Shown here in pieces: positions 26,866 through 34,801 of a DNA stretch of 38,649 nucleotides; positions within the stretch are counted from its first letter, which is position 1, and each line of letters starts with the position of its first letter. Under the pieces are notes generated by a model that was given only the letters and a program-made list of their open reading frames with translations, was not told the DNA's origin and searched no databases. The translations under genes were made by a program, and so were the position numbers. Source of the DNA: a virus; the IMG/VR virus record IMGVR_UViG_3300017708_000540. One strand, given 5' to 3'.

Positions 26866-27336
26866 TTAAAATGGTGCTTCATCTAAATCATCAACAGAGT
26901 CCATCTTAGAATTTAATATGTCTCTTACTATAAGATCTAGATTTTTATGTATTTCTGGAGTTACTTCTTTACCAGAACTCAACCAAGCTGACATAAGATT
27001 ACTCATAGTCAATCTGTATTTTTCTTTCCATTGACCACTTATATCTTTAACTGCTTTGACTCCAGTATTACTAACCATGTTATTACCTGGAACAGCTACT
27101 TCACCATCAAGCAACTCTATTGAGTTAGCAGTTTGATATTGTTTACCTGTCTTACTTGTTCTTACTGGCAACGCTGCTACTTTAAGTCTAGCACCTTTTT
27201 GCCAACGTGATGCACCTAATGCTTCACCATAGATGGTCATATCTGTACCATCATCTTTAGTAACGTATACTGTTACGCCACCATTATCTTTTTCAAAAGC
27301 TCTTTTAAACGAGCATTCAAAGGTTTCAGTTTCCAT
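26866..27336 (-). CDS. Single-stranded DNA-binding protein (T7 gp2.5-like logic: acidic C-terminal tail ending in Phe)
   Basis: Start chosen at METETFECSF (SD AGGAGA upstream). The body is OB-like and beta-rich. The C-terminus DSVDDLDEAPF resembles SSB/gp2.5 interaction tails. Confidence 0.55.
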   Translation of the reverse strand: METETFECSFKRAFEKDNGGVTVYVTKDDGTDMTIYGEALGASRWQKGARLKVAALPVRTSKTGKQYQTANSIELLDGEVAVPGNNMVSNTGVKAVKDISGQWKEKYRLTMSNLMSAWLSSGKEVTPEIHKNLDLIVRDILNSKMDSVDDLDEAPF

Positions 27337-27397
27337 TTTCTGTCTCCTGTTTAATTGTTGTATTATTTTTCCAAATCGTTGCATAGTTTTTTATAAT

Positions 27398-28183
27398 CTA
27401 TTTCAACACCTTTGTCCAAATTTCTTTTGCAAAATCCACAGCTGTAGGCGTACCTTTCCATCTGAAGTTTTCGCATACCAAAGGAGTTATGCGAACAACA
27501 TCTTCCTTAGTCTTACATAATTCCAATATAGCTTCTATGTGTTTCATAGCATCTATCAATACTTTAAGCTCATCTCGTTCAGTCATATCTACACAATACT
27601 GATCTTTTGGAGAACAATACATAAGCATAGTTTCTTTACCAAATAGCTCTCTGTATAAACATTGTTGACGTACATCTGCTGCTTTTGGATACCATTTAGC
27701 ATCTACGTTACCTGCTTTTAGTCGTCTTATGTATGCTGTAGCTTTAGTATCTACAATTACATCTTTGAACTCAAAGTCAGTTTTACCAACAATATCGTAC
27801 TTTAATCCATACTTTTTACCTGGTACTTGAATTTCATTTTGAAATGATACAACTTTACCAAACTCACTAAGATTTTCTACAAACTTATTAGATATAATAG
27901 CAGACCATTCATATTCTGGATTAGAATGTTCTGTTGGTAATAAATCTGTAACTTCTTCTTTACTATGTTCTAAGTATTTAGTTTTAGCATAGTTTGTGAT
28001 AGTATCTTGATCAGTGATTTGATTTTCTAGTGCATGATTAGCAGCATCTTCTGCAGCTAAACCCATGACCATTCTTGCATTGGGATCAGATTCAAAATCA
28101 AACAACTCATTGATAACCCAGAAAGCTGGACTATCAATAAAGGTATTAGTTTTGGACGCTGAATGACGATATTTAATATTCAT
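27398..28183 (-). CDS. PD-(D/E)XK-like nuclease/exonuclease candidate
   Basis: Start at MNIKYRH (SD AGGAGAAAATT upstream of the ATG at 28183). YDIVGKTDFEFKDVIVDTKATAY fits D...(D/E)xK. It is adjacent to the SSB gene. Confidence 0.45.
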   Translation of the reverse strand: MNIKYRHSASKTNTFIDSPAFWVINELFDFESDPNARMVMGLAAEDAANHALENQITDQDTITNYAKTKYLEHSKEEVTDLLPTEHSNPEYEWSAIISNKFVENLSEFGKVVSFQNEIQVPGKKYGLKYDIVGKTDFEFKDVIVDTKATAYIRRLKAGNVDAKWYPKAADVRQQCLYRELFGKETMLMYCSPKDQYCVDMTERDELKVLIDAMKHIEAILELCKTKEDVVRITPLVCENFRWKGTPTAVDFAKEIWTKVLK

Positions 28184-28249
28184 AATTTTCTCCTTATGGT
28201 TAATGATATACAAAAATATATTAGTGTTACTTATAACATACCTATTGAT

Positions 28250-28513
28250 ATGCTCAAAGGTAAAGTTTCTATAAAGAATAGTGATCATTATAAAATTTAT
28301 AATTTATCAATAATTCTTTGTTGGCTATTGCACCCTACACGAAGGTATGGGAGCAAGAGCACCATCGCTAGACTCCATTCTTGTAATAAGAATAGAGTAT
28401 TTCGTCTTTTCCAATTATATAACAAAAATACTAAATTTAAGACTTTTGTTGATTCTGCAATAGAAACTTATAATATACATGAATGCGTAGACAGATTGAA
28501 AAACCAGAACTAA
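28250..28513 (+). CDS. Possible HTH protein (DnaA domain IV-like pattern)
   Basis: The segment from the internal Met reads ...LSIILCWLLHPTRRYGSKSTIARLHSCNKNRVFRLFQLYNKN.... This resembles the DnaA C-terminal HTH only loosely. The ORF lies in a divergent promoter region, so coding status is uncertain. Confidence 0.25.
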   Translation: MLKGKVSIKNSDHYKIYNLSIILCWLLHPTRRYGSKSTIARLHSCNKNRVFRLFQLYNKNTKFKTFVDSAIETYNIHECVDRLKNQN

Positions 28514-28959
28514 TCTCTACAATAAGAGATAAAAAGAAAGTTTGGCTTAACATAAGAGAGTCTAGACTTATGTATATGTTTCATCGTAAACTTATATCTG
28601 TTGAAGAATATGAAGCAGGATCTAGATATAGACTTATGTGTGAGCTCATGGGTGGTGGATCAGGTAGTACTTTAAAAGAACGTGTTGATGGAGCTAACCC
28701 AGATTTTATTACATCATCATTAGGTGCAGCTCTTGGAGTCAAAGATGCTGATGATCAAATTGGTCCACTATTTGCAGAATGTATGAAATTATTCTGCTGG
28801 GCTAATTTTGGTATAATTGAGATAGCTCATCATTTAAGTTTGACAGAACGTAAAGCTTCTAATAGAGTTCATGAAGGACTAGCAAGATTAAGTATTTATT
28901 ATGGCTACACCAAAGTGCACAATACAATCAGAGGACAAGGTACAAAGAATAAAGGATAA
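28483..28959 (+). CDS. HTH DNA-binding protein (DUF6456-like pattern)
   Basis: 158 aa. ISVEEYEAGSRYRLMCEL...VDGAN....LGAALGVKDADDQIGPLFAECMKLFCW...IEIAHHLSLTERKASNRVHEGLARLSIYYGY ends in a sigma-region-4-like HTH. Confidence 0.4.
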   Translation: MRRQIEKPELISTIRDKKKVWLNIRESRLMYMFHRKLISVEEYEAGSRYRLMCELMGGGSGSTLKERVDGANPDFITSSLGAALGVKDADDQIGPLFAECMKLFCWANFGIIEIAHHLSLTERKASNRVHEGLARLSIYYGYTKVHNTIRGQGTKNKG

Positions 28960-29323
28960 AGAATACCTTAAATGGGTAGCTTCTAATCCTTGTATACTTT
29001 GCCAGGACACAAGATGTCAGGCTCATCATATAACATTTGCTATGCCTAGAGGTATCTCTCAAAAGGTTGGAGATCAATATACTGTACCTTTATGCTATAA
29101 ACATCATCATCAATTACATACAAATGGTATGAGTGAACGTGATTTTTGGTCTAAATTAGATATAGATGCTGTAGATATATGTGGTAAATTCTATGATCAT
29201 TATCACAATATGTGGAAAAATAAGAACTTTTTTTATGATGACTCTATGTTATGGCGTACAGTTTATGATGAACTTGTACCTAAAATACAAAACAACATTG
29301 ATTTTTTACTGCAACCCAAATAA
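28901..29323 (+). CDS. HNH-family nuclease, Ref/DUF968-like
   Basis: 140 aa. YLKWVASNPCILCQ....CQAHHI....RGISQKVGDQYTVPLCYKHHHQLHTNG matches the DUF968/P1 Ref-type Cys/His motif arrangement. Confidence 0.6.
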   Translation: MATPKCTIQSEDKVQRIKDKEYLKWVASNPCILCQDTRCQAHHITFAMPRGISQKVGDQYTVPLCYKHHHQLHTNGMSERDFWSKLDIDAVDICGKFYDHYHNMWKNKNFFYDDSMLWRTVYDELVPKIQNNIDFLLQPK

Positions 29324-29358
29324 CTATTATAAGTATCCTCGCCAGAGGTACGTTAATT

Positions 29359-29622
29359 ATGAGCAAAATATTAAAATTTCCGAAAGCTAAAAAACAATAT
29401 TCTGACAAGTTTTTACGTAAAGTAAAAGCAGATGTCATTGGTGATTTTATTAAAGAGCAAAATCCTCATCTATCTATTAAGGCTGCAGATGCTATGGCTT
29501 TAGCAATAATCTATAGTACATATCTTCAACTTGTTTTTGAAGAAGAAGGTAGTGATATAATTCCTTTGGAAGAATTTGAACAATATATATGGGCAGCTCA
29601 TGACAAGAAAACGTTACACTAA
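29359..29622 (+). CDS. Hypothetical protein
   Basis: 87-aa ORF in the plus-strand island. Confidence 0.45.
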   Translation: MSKILKFPKAKKQYSDKFLRKVKADVIGDFIKEQNPHLSIKAADAMALAIIYSTYLQLVFEEEGSDIIPLEEFEQYIWAAHDKKTLH

Positions 29623-29899
29623 AAAGAAAAAATCTATTAAAGACATTAACACTAATGATATACCTTACCAAAAGGTAAGAGTTGAATGGGTTGATTGTGT
29701 ATCTGATAGTGCTTGGGCATCAGAAAAAGAATTTCATAAAATGAAAATGGCAACTCCAGTAAATGAAGGTTGGATATTTTCTAAAGACAAACACTCTATC
29801 AAATTGTTTGCTGCATATGATAAAGGCGAAGATGGTATTACATTTGGTGATAGAACAATGATACCTAAATCTTGGATAGTTAAAATTACAGAAATTTAA
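29600..29899 (+). CDS. Hypothetical protein
   Basis: Start preferred at MTRKRYTKKKKS (29600). It has a basic N-terminus followed by VRVEWVDCVSDSAWASEKEF...GWIFSKD...IPKSWIVKITEI. Confidence 0.45.
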   Translation: MTRKRYTKKKKSIKDINTNDIPYQKVRVEWVDCVSDSAWASEKEFHKMKMATPVNEGWIFSKDKHSIKLFAAYDKGEDGITFGDRTMIPKSWIVKITEI

Positions 29900-30100
29900 C
29901 CTACTCCTCCTTGGGCCATTATCTAGTATTGGTAACCTTACAGAGTTTAAAACTAGAACTGTTTGTGTAAGTTTACAAGTCCGAATAAGTAGGCTAAATC
30001 TAACCACCCACCAAGTCTCCCTGATGGGTGTATCTAAGGTCGAGGTTATGCAGCCATATTTAACTGAGATCTCTCGCCCTGTTTATGTACCTTAGAATTT

Positions 30101-30364
30101 TTAAATACCTTTTTTCATATACTCTTGTATTACAGCTTCAGCACCTTGATCTTCTTTAGGGTAATACAATTTTTCTAATCGTTCTTTAGAAACTTTTAAT
30201 TCAGCTTTAACATGATCTTTTGCATGTTCTAATACTTTAACAAGCTCTGGATAGTTTCCATAAAAGATACCATAAATAGATAAATCATTAATCGCTGACG
30301 TTACTCGATTTAGACCTCTTATCCTTTTTTCTATCCGAAGTATCTCGCTGTCTGGTGTAATCAT
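30101..30364 (-). CDS. Hypothetical protein
   Basis: 87 aa with SD AAGGAG 8 nt upstream of the ATG at 30364. Confidence 0.5.
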   Translation of the reverse strand: MITPDSEILRIEKRIRGLNRVTSAINDLSIYGIFYGNYPELVKVLEHAKDHVKAELKVSKERLEKLYYPKEDQGAEAVIQEYMKKGI

Positions 30365-30455
30365 CTTCCATCTCCTTTATCTTACGTTTAAGTTTATCTA
30401 TTTCTAATTGTTTACTTGCAACCATTGCACGTAAAGCATTTTCATTATTACTCAT
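30288..30455 (-). CDS. Possible small coiled-coil ORF (55 aa; below the ORF-track cutoff)
   Basis: ATGA coupling with the stop of 30452-30706. Translation begins MSNNENALRAMVASKQLEIDKLKRKIKEMEDDY.... It overlaps 30101-30364 by 77 nt in another frame. Confidence 0.3.
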   Translation of the reverse strand: MSNNENALRAMVASKQLEIDKLKRKIKEMEDDYTRQRDTSDRKKDKRSKSSNVSD

Positions 30456-30706
30456 TTTTTAGCTCCATCTAAGTAGTTATCTATTGAATCAGCTCTAGTC
30501 TGATATTCTTTTATCCAATCTTGTAATATCAAAGAATGTCTATCATCTAAGAAACCACAAGCAACAGCTCCACCAAGAACTTCTACAGCTTCTAAACAAT
30601 CGCTTTTATCGTTCTCTAGTTTTTCCCATTCTTGTTTTTTTTTCTCATATGCTTTTGCTCTGTTACTATCTATTACAGATTTTATATCATCATTTATTTC
30701 AGCCAT
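30452..30706 (-). CDS. Hypothetical protein
   Basis: 84-aa acidic/helical protein in the coupled chain. Confidence 0.5.
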   Translation of the reverse strand: MAEINDDIKSVIDSNRAKAYEKKKQEWEKLENDKSDCLEAVEVLGGAVACGFLDDRHSLILQDWIKEYQTRADSIDNYLDGAKK

Positions 30707-30857
30707 TATTACCTTTTCGTAAGTTATTTAATTGTTCTTCTTCTTTATAGTAATCTACTTGTTTTTCCAATTCAAGTATTCTCTTACTTTTATCAGCTAT
30801 ACGTTCTTTAAGTTCTTTTACAACTTGATTAAGTTTAATTGCTTCTTCGTCCGTCAT
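30699..30857 (-). CDS. Possible small coiled-coil ORF (52 aa; below the ORF-track cutoff)
   Basis: Translation is MTDEEAIKLNQVVKELKERIADKSKRILELEKQVDYYKEEEQLNNLRKGNNG. SD GAGG lies upstream. Its 3' end overlaps the next ATG (ATGGCTGA). Confidence 0.4.
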   Translation of the reverse strand: MTDEEAIKLNQVVKELKERIADKSKRILELEKQVDYYKEEEQLNNLRKGNNG

Positions 30858-31188
30858 TTTTTATCCTCTTAATTATAGCTACATGACCTGCAATAAAGTC
30901 TCCTGGTATACATGTTCTACCAGTTTTTTCTTGCCAAGCATACCAAGCTTCAGTAGCTTTATTATTTTTAACTACAACTGGTTTTAGTTTACTTTCTTCA
31001 TCCATATACATATCGAATGATCTGTTAGATATATTTTTATCATATCCTTTAGATATTTCAATCATATCACATGCTAGATGTTTATACATATCTTCAAACG
31101 TTGGTTTGTAGTTTAGTATATAAGAATCAGTATTAGTTTCTGGGCCGAAATCAGTCCACATGGCTTTCCATATAATTAGTTTATACAT
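30835..31188 (-). CDS. DUF3846-like protein
   Basis: 117 aa. LACDMIEISKGYD....FDMYMDEESKLKP..VKNNKATEAW.......IPGDFIAGHVAII resembles the DUF3846 pattern. Confidence 0.4.
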   Translation of the reverse strand: MYKLIIWKAMWTDFGPETNTDSYILNYKPTFEDMYKHLACDMIEISKGYDKNISNRSFDMYMDEESKLKPVVVKNNKATEAWYAWQEKTGRTCIPGDFIAGHVAIIKRIKNDGRRSN

Positions 31189-31362
31189 TTATACCTCATC
31201 AATTGTTATTATATAATTAATACCATTTGTTCTAAATGATATGTCAGCAGAAGCAGGTTCTGATACACTTATACCAGCACCTTGTACATCTGCTTCTAAT
31301 TTATCTTCTAAAAAATCACGTATTGCATTACGTAATTCAAACATTTCTTTTAGCCTATCCAT
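31189..31362 (-). CDS. Hypothetical small protein
   Basis: Start preferred at MDRLKEMFELRNAI (SD GAAAGGA upstream). The longer ORF-track start would overlap the upstream gene. Confidence 0.45.
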   Translation of the reverse strand: MDRLKEMFELRNAIRDFLEDKLEADVQGAGISVSEPASADISFRTNGINYIITIDEV

Positions 31363-31363
31363 A

Positions 31364-31582
31364 TTATTCCTTTCTATCTTTAAATGTAACTTCAACCAAA
31401 CAATCTTTGCCATAGTAATTACCATGCCAAGTTTCATCTAATGTTTCAAGTAATCTAATAAGATCTTTACCTTGAATACAATCTTCTGAAACTAAATGTT
31501 GAGTTATTTCATCTGTTTTTGCTTTCTTACCATTTTTATATGGATAAGAATATGACCATATTTTATATCTATCTATATGCAT
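31364..31582 (-). CDS. Hypothetical protein
   Basis: 72 aa with SD GGAG upstream of the ATG at 31582. Confidence 0.5.
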   Translation of the reverse strand: MHIDRYKIWSYSYPYKNGKKAKTDEITQHLVSEDCIQGKDLIRLLETLDETWHGNYYGKDCLVEVTFKDRKE

Positions 31583-31589
31583 ATTACTC

Positions 31590-31748
31590 CTAGTTTAAGT
31601 ATTTTTTAACTTGTTGTATTACTAACTCACAATATCTAAGCATCTCTACAAAGTAATTTCTGCGTTTACCTTCTCGTTCTTGCTCAACTTGTTTTATTGC
31701 TTTAGTAGTAATTTTATCTATTTGGTCTAATTGATCATCTAATTTCAT
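31590..31748 (-). CDS. Possible small ORF (52 aa; below the ORF-track cutoff)
   Basis: ATGA coupling with the stop of 31745-32032. Translation is MKLDDQLDQIDKITTKAIKQVEQEREGKRRNYFVEMLRYCELVIQQVKKYLN. Confidence 0.4.
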   Translation of the reverse strand: MKLDDQLDQIDKITTKAIKQVEQEREGKRRNYFVEMLRYCELVIQQVKKYLN

Positions 31749-32032
31749 ATTGTATATACCTCATCTTCTTCTTTGTTGTATTTAATTTCAGCAACTTCTT
31801 TTGTGTCACCCATTTGTGAATAGTCTTTTACATAAGTACACACACAAGTATCTGCTGCACCATCTTCAGTTTTAAGATCTTGAGAGTGTTGATCTAACCA
31901 AATTTCAAATGCTTCATCTTGATCTTTGGCAATAACTTGCCATCTACTTACATACGTAGTTTCATTTTCAATTTCATAAACTTTTTTACCAACATCTTTG
32001 TTGGTCAAACATAATTTACTATCAATCATCAT
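31745..32032 (-). CDS. Hypothetical protein
   Basis: Start preferred at MMIDSKL (32032; SD GAAAGG upstream). The ORF-track N-terminal extension is translated from the conserved stem-loop. Confidence 0.5.
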   Translation of the reverse strand: MMIDSKLCLTNKDVGKKVYEIENETTYVSRWQVIAKDQDEAFEIWLDQHSQDLKTEDGAADTCVCTYVKDYSQMGDTKEVAEIKYNKEEDEVYTI

Positions 32033-32043
32033 TACCTTTCTTA

Positions 32044-32085
32044 GGCATAATGCCCAGTTACATTTGTACCGGGCATTTGCCATAT
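32044..32085 (-). promoter_or_regulatory. Conserved intergenic stem-loop, copy B
   Basis: GGCATAATGCCC (32044-32055) pairs with GGGCATTTGCC (32071-32081), giving 11 bp with a 1-nt bulge and a 15-nt loop. It shares the identical 14-mer GGCATTTGCCATAT with copy A. Confidence 0.6.
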
Positions 32086-32088
32086 CGT

Positions 32089-32709
32089 TTACTTCTTATT
32101 CTCAAGTGCAATTGAGGGATTAAACATGTTTTCAGGTAAATCTAATTTTATCTTTTGACTACCCATTTCTCTACTAATAGATTGAACTGCTAAGTCTAAA
32201 GGTAAACCAGAGTTAAGAACATGCTTTGCTTTCTTTTTAGATATATCAAGCAACTGTAATGCTTTGCCTTTTGGCCCAGCGTAATATGCTCTTTCTGTTT
32301 CTTCTCTGCATAATTTCTTTAGTAAGTTATCATGATCTCTTGGATCTCTTAACAAACTACGTTCAATGTCTACTTTCCATTTACGTTCTTTGTTAAACTT
32401 TTCTAATGTATCATACATATTATCAACAGCTCTCTCTAGATCACTAGACTTTTGTTCTTCTATAGTTTTTTTGTTTTTCATAAAATCATTATAATCAACA
32501 TACTTAGTTTGTATGTCTTTCATAATTTTATCTAACTTTAGCTTTGATTTAAAAGCACCATAGTTTTCTTCTGATAGATCATCAATCTCATCAATCATTT
32601 CTGTTTTAAGAGATGACTTTCTATCATCATATGTTTCATCAATAGTATAGTTCCAATGATCATACTCAACGTTTCTTATTGGTCTCATTATTGTTTTATC
32701 TCTAGGCAT
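32089..32709 (-). CDS. Hypothetical protein
   Basis: 206 aa from the ATG at 32709 (SD AGGAGG with a 6-nt spacer). The ORF-track start at 32715 is a TTG. Confidence 0.55.
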   Translation of the reverse strand: MPRDKTIMRPIRNVEYDHWNYTIDETYDDRKSSLKTEMIDEIDDLSEENYGAFKSKLKLDKIMKDIQTKYVDYNDFMKNKKTIEEQKSSDLERAVDNMYDTLEKFNKERKWKVDIERSLLRDPRDHDNLLKKLCREETERAYYAGPKGKALQLLDISKKKAKHVLNSGLPLDLAVQSISREMGSQKIKLDLPENMFNPSIALENKK

Positions 32710-32971
32710 TAACAACCTCCTCTGTTTTTGTTGCTGAACTAATATCTTCTAGTACTTCAGCTTTATCTCTTGCAGATCTAGCTTTGTCTAACGCAGCATT
32801 AGTTGCAATGATAACAGTAGCAATACAAGAAGTTTGATTGTAGTTAGGTAATGTTTTAAACCTTGGATCTTTTTGCATAAGCTCTACTGTTTGGTAGTAT
32901 TGTTCTGCAAACCATTTAGTCATAGGCATTACTTGTTTTTCAACTCTGTCTTTAATTGGCAGCTTTGTCAT
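32702..32971 (-). CDS. Hypothetical protein
   Basis: 89 aa with SD AGGAGG upstream of the ATG at 32971. Confidence 0.5.
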   Translation of the reverse strand: MTKLPIKDRVEKQVMPMTKWFAEQYYQTVELMQKDPRFKTLPNYNQTSCIATVIIATNAALDKARSARDKAEVLEDISSATKTEEVVNA

Positions 32972-33125
32972 TTTCTTCCTCCTTTTGTTTTACTTTGATT
33001 TCAATTGGTAACTCAACTTGTTCAGGCATATAACTATCAATAGCTTTATATGCACCTATAACAAATCTTACTGGGTAAGTGATTGTTTGAAACAAAAAAT
33101 TACCTACTTTTTCTATACGCTTCAT
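32952..33125 (-). CDS. Small ORF (57 aa; below the ORF-track cutoff)
   Basis: A strong SD (AAGGAGGAGT) lies immediately upstream of the ATG at 33125. Translation is MKRIEKVGNFLFQTITYPVRFVIGAYKAIDSYMPEQVELPIEIKVKQKEEENDKAAN. It fills the 32972-33099 gap. Confidence 0.5.
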   Translation of the reverse strand: MKRIEKVGNFLFQTITYPVRFVIGAYKAIDSYMPEQVELPIEIKVKQKEEENDKAAN

Positions 33126-33306
33126 ACTCCTCCTTTTTTTTAGTTAATCGCATATACTTTTCTTTAGCTTGATAATATTCATCATCAAACTCTTTAGTTC
33201 CAGGGATTGGATCTACGTCATGCGTGAGCCAATTCCAACTCTTACGTACTGCTATACCAGCAACACTAAAGGCCAAAAAACGAGCCAAACTAATAAGTCC
33301 ATTCAT
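33100..33306 (-). CDS. Small membrane protein
   Basis: 68 aa with an N-terminal TM (LISLARFLAFSVAGIAV) and a charged C-terminus. Confidence 0.5.
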   Translation of the reverse strand: MNGLISLARFLAFSVAGIAVRKSWNWLTHDVDPIPGTKEFDDEYYQAKEKYMRLTKKKEEYEAYRKSR

Positions 33307-33725
33307 TATATCCTTTCTTCCATTATTGATTTATATCTTGGATTAGATTCATGTAAGTAATTCTGTATACCTACATCTTCTATCTTATCCCAAGCTCTAT
33401 TGATTTGATCAATCCTCAATGGATAAGGACTATCTGGATTTGATAATTGATCTACGTTATTAATCCACTCATTCAATATTTCATGAGGATTATCTACAGT
33501 AAATAAACTAATATCCCATTTCTTTTGTTTACATATATCAACTAAATGATCACCTGGTAATCTATTGATACAACGTTCATATTTCTGTATTTGTTGAAAT
33601 GAAACATGAATACACTGTGCTATTTGTTTTTGAGTATAGCCATGCCACACTCTATGTAACACAAGAACTTTAGCTAATGTTTTATTAATATCATATTTAT
33701 GATATGTCTTTTTTGATTTACCCAT
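33306..33725 (-). CDS. XRE/Cro-C1-type HTH transcriptional regulator
   Basis: Start at MGKSKKTYHKY (SD GGAGG upstream). HGYTQKQIAQCIHVSFQQIQKYERCINRLPGDHLVDICK is a canonical HTH_3 pattern. There is an ~80-aa C-terminal extension. Confidence 0.7.
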   Translation of the reverse strand: MGKSKKTYHKYDINKTLAKVLVLHRVWHGYTQKQIAQCIHVSFQQIQKYERCINRLPGDHLVDICKQKKWDISLFTVDNPHEILNEWINNVDQLSNPDSPYPLRIDQINRAWDKIEDVGIQNYLHESNPRYKSIMEERI

Positions 33726-34020
33726 TATTACCTCCATAATTATTTTTAAGAACAAGCAGCTCTCGCTTGTCGGAGCTGGTTGGTACAGTCACTACTCTAA
33801 CTGATGGCTTCCCTTCTCTAAATACTTTAACCAGTTGTATCCAACCTTCTTTCGGTTCTAGTATTTCAAGATTAACAGATTTAATCCAATAGGGCTTCCA
33901 CCATGTTATGTGCTCTTGTTGTATACTCCCACTAAACTTTTGTTTGAACATTAGATTTATTGCTCTGCCTAAGTTTATTGGTCTTTCTTTGAACTTTCCT
34001 TTTATTTTTACTCGGTACAC
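33718..34020 (-). CDS. Hypothetical protein (GTG start)
   Basis: 100 aa. The GTG at 34020 is preceded by AAGGAGG with a 5-nt spacer. Confidence 0.5.
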   Translation of the reverse strand: MYRVKIKGKFKERPINLGRAINLMFKQKFSGSIQQEHITWWKPYWIKSVNLEILEPKEGWIQLVKVFREGKPSVRVVTVPTSSDKRELLVLKNNYGGNNG

Positions 34021-34109
34021 TCTTAACCTCCTTGCAGTCAGTAAATGTTGATAACCATATCAAATGTTCTGCGTACTGTTTTGCTGTAAATCCTTTTGGT
34101 GTTTTCATA

Positions 34110-34352
34110 TTACCTCTCTAGTTTACATGAACTTATATACCAGTATTGACCAGTATCATCTCGCCAATTTCTGTTGGGAATACGTTTCTCTAATTGTTTC
34201 TCTACCCAACTATGAAATGGCCATCTAGATGATCCATATTGTCTTTTAAGTTCTCTATATTTATCTTCAGGCATAGAAACTCTATGAGTATGATACACAT
34301 GACTATCGTCATTTTGAAATCTATGCCTTGTTTGTACTATATATGTTTTCAT
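34110..34352 (-). CDS. Hypothetical protein
   Basis: 80 aa with SD AAGGAG upstream. Confidence 0.5.
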   Translation of the reverse strand: MKTYIVQTRHRFQNDDSHVYHTHRVSMPEDKYRELKRQYGSSRWPFHSWVEKQLEKRIPNRNWRDDTGQYWYISSCKLER

Positions 34353-34361
34353 ATATTCTCC

Positions 34362-34775
34362 TTACCAACTACAATGATACTCAGGTATATTACCTTTAGA
34401 CACTTGATCTTTACACCATTGTAGAAATTGTTTGTCTATTTCTTTATAGTTTTGTACTTGTTCTTCTTGGTATTGTTGACCCCAGAAGAAACCATCAGTA
34501 GCTATATAATCGTGGTACTCTGTATCAATGGCATGCTCTAGCTTAGATAATACTTTACTATCTATAACTACAGGGCCACCATTGAACCCTAATCCAAAAT
34601 CATCATCTTCATTATTATTTGGATTTTGTTCGCTATACATTGCAGCCATAAACTGTTGCAATCTTGCATGTTTTCTCCAGTAAAAACCATCTTTTTCTGG
34701 ATTATAATCGTCATCATATGAATTAAATGACAAATCATCTTGACCTCTTAAATGTGCATATTGATCTAATCCCAT
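34362..34775 (-). CDS. Conserved phage protein (MGLDxY...YWRKH family)
   Basis: 137 aa. MGLDQYAHL...GFYWRKHARLQQFM is a recurrent phage family of unknown function. SD AAGGAG lies upstream. Confidence 0.5.
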   Translation of the reverse strand: MGLDQYAHLRGQDDLSFNSYDDDYNPEKDGFYWRKHARLQQFMAAMYSEQNPNNNEDDDFGLGFNGGPVVIDSKVLSKLEHAIDTEYHDYIATDGFFWGQQYQEEQVQNYKEIDKQFLQWCKDQVSKGNIPEYHCSW

Positions 34776-34801
34776 ATACTCTCCTTGTTAAGTTAATTAA
34801 T

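Noticed and set aside
29900-30100. A tRNA or tmRNA gene in the GC-richer non-coding segment
   Set aside because: I found no T-loop-like GTTCRANYC box with flanking 5-bp stems and no cloverleaf arrangement on either strand. I kept it only as an unclassified structured region.
33306-33725. The XRE-family regulator as evidence for lysogeny (CI-like repressor)
   Set aside because: No integrase, excisionase, partition system or att-like tRNA fragment is present in the closed genome. An XRE HTH alone is also common in strictly lytic phages.
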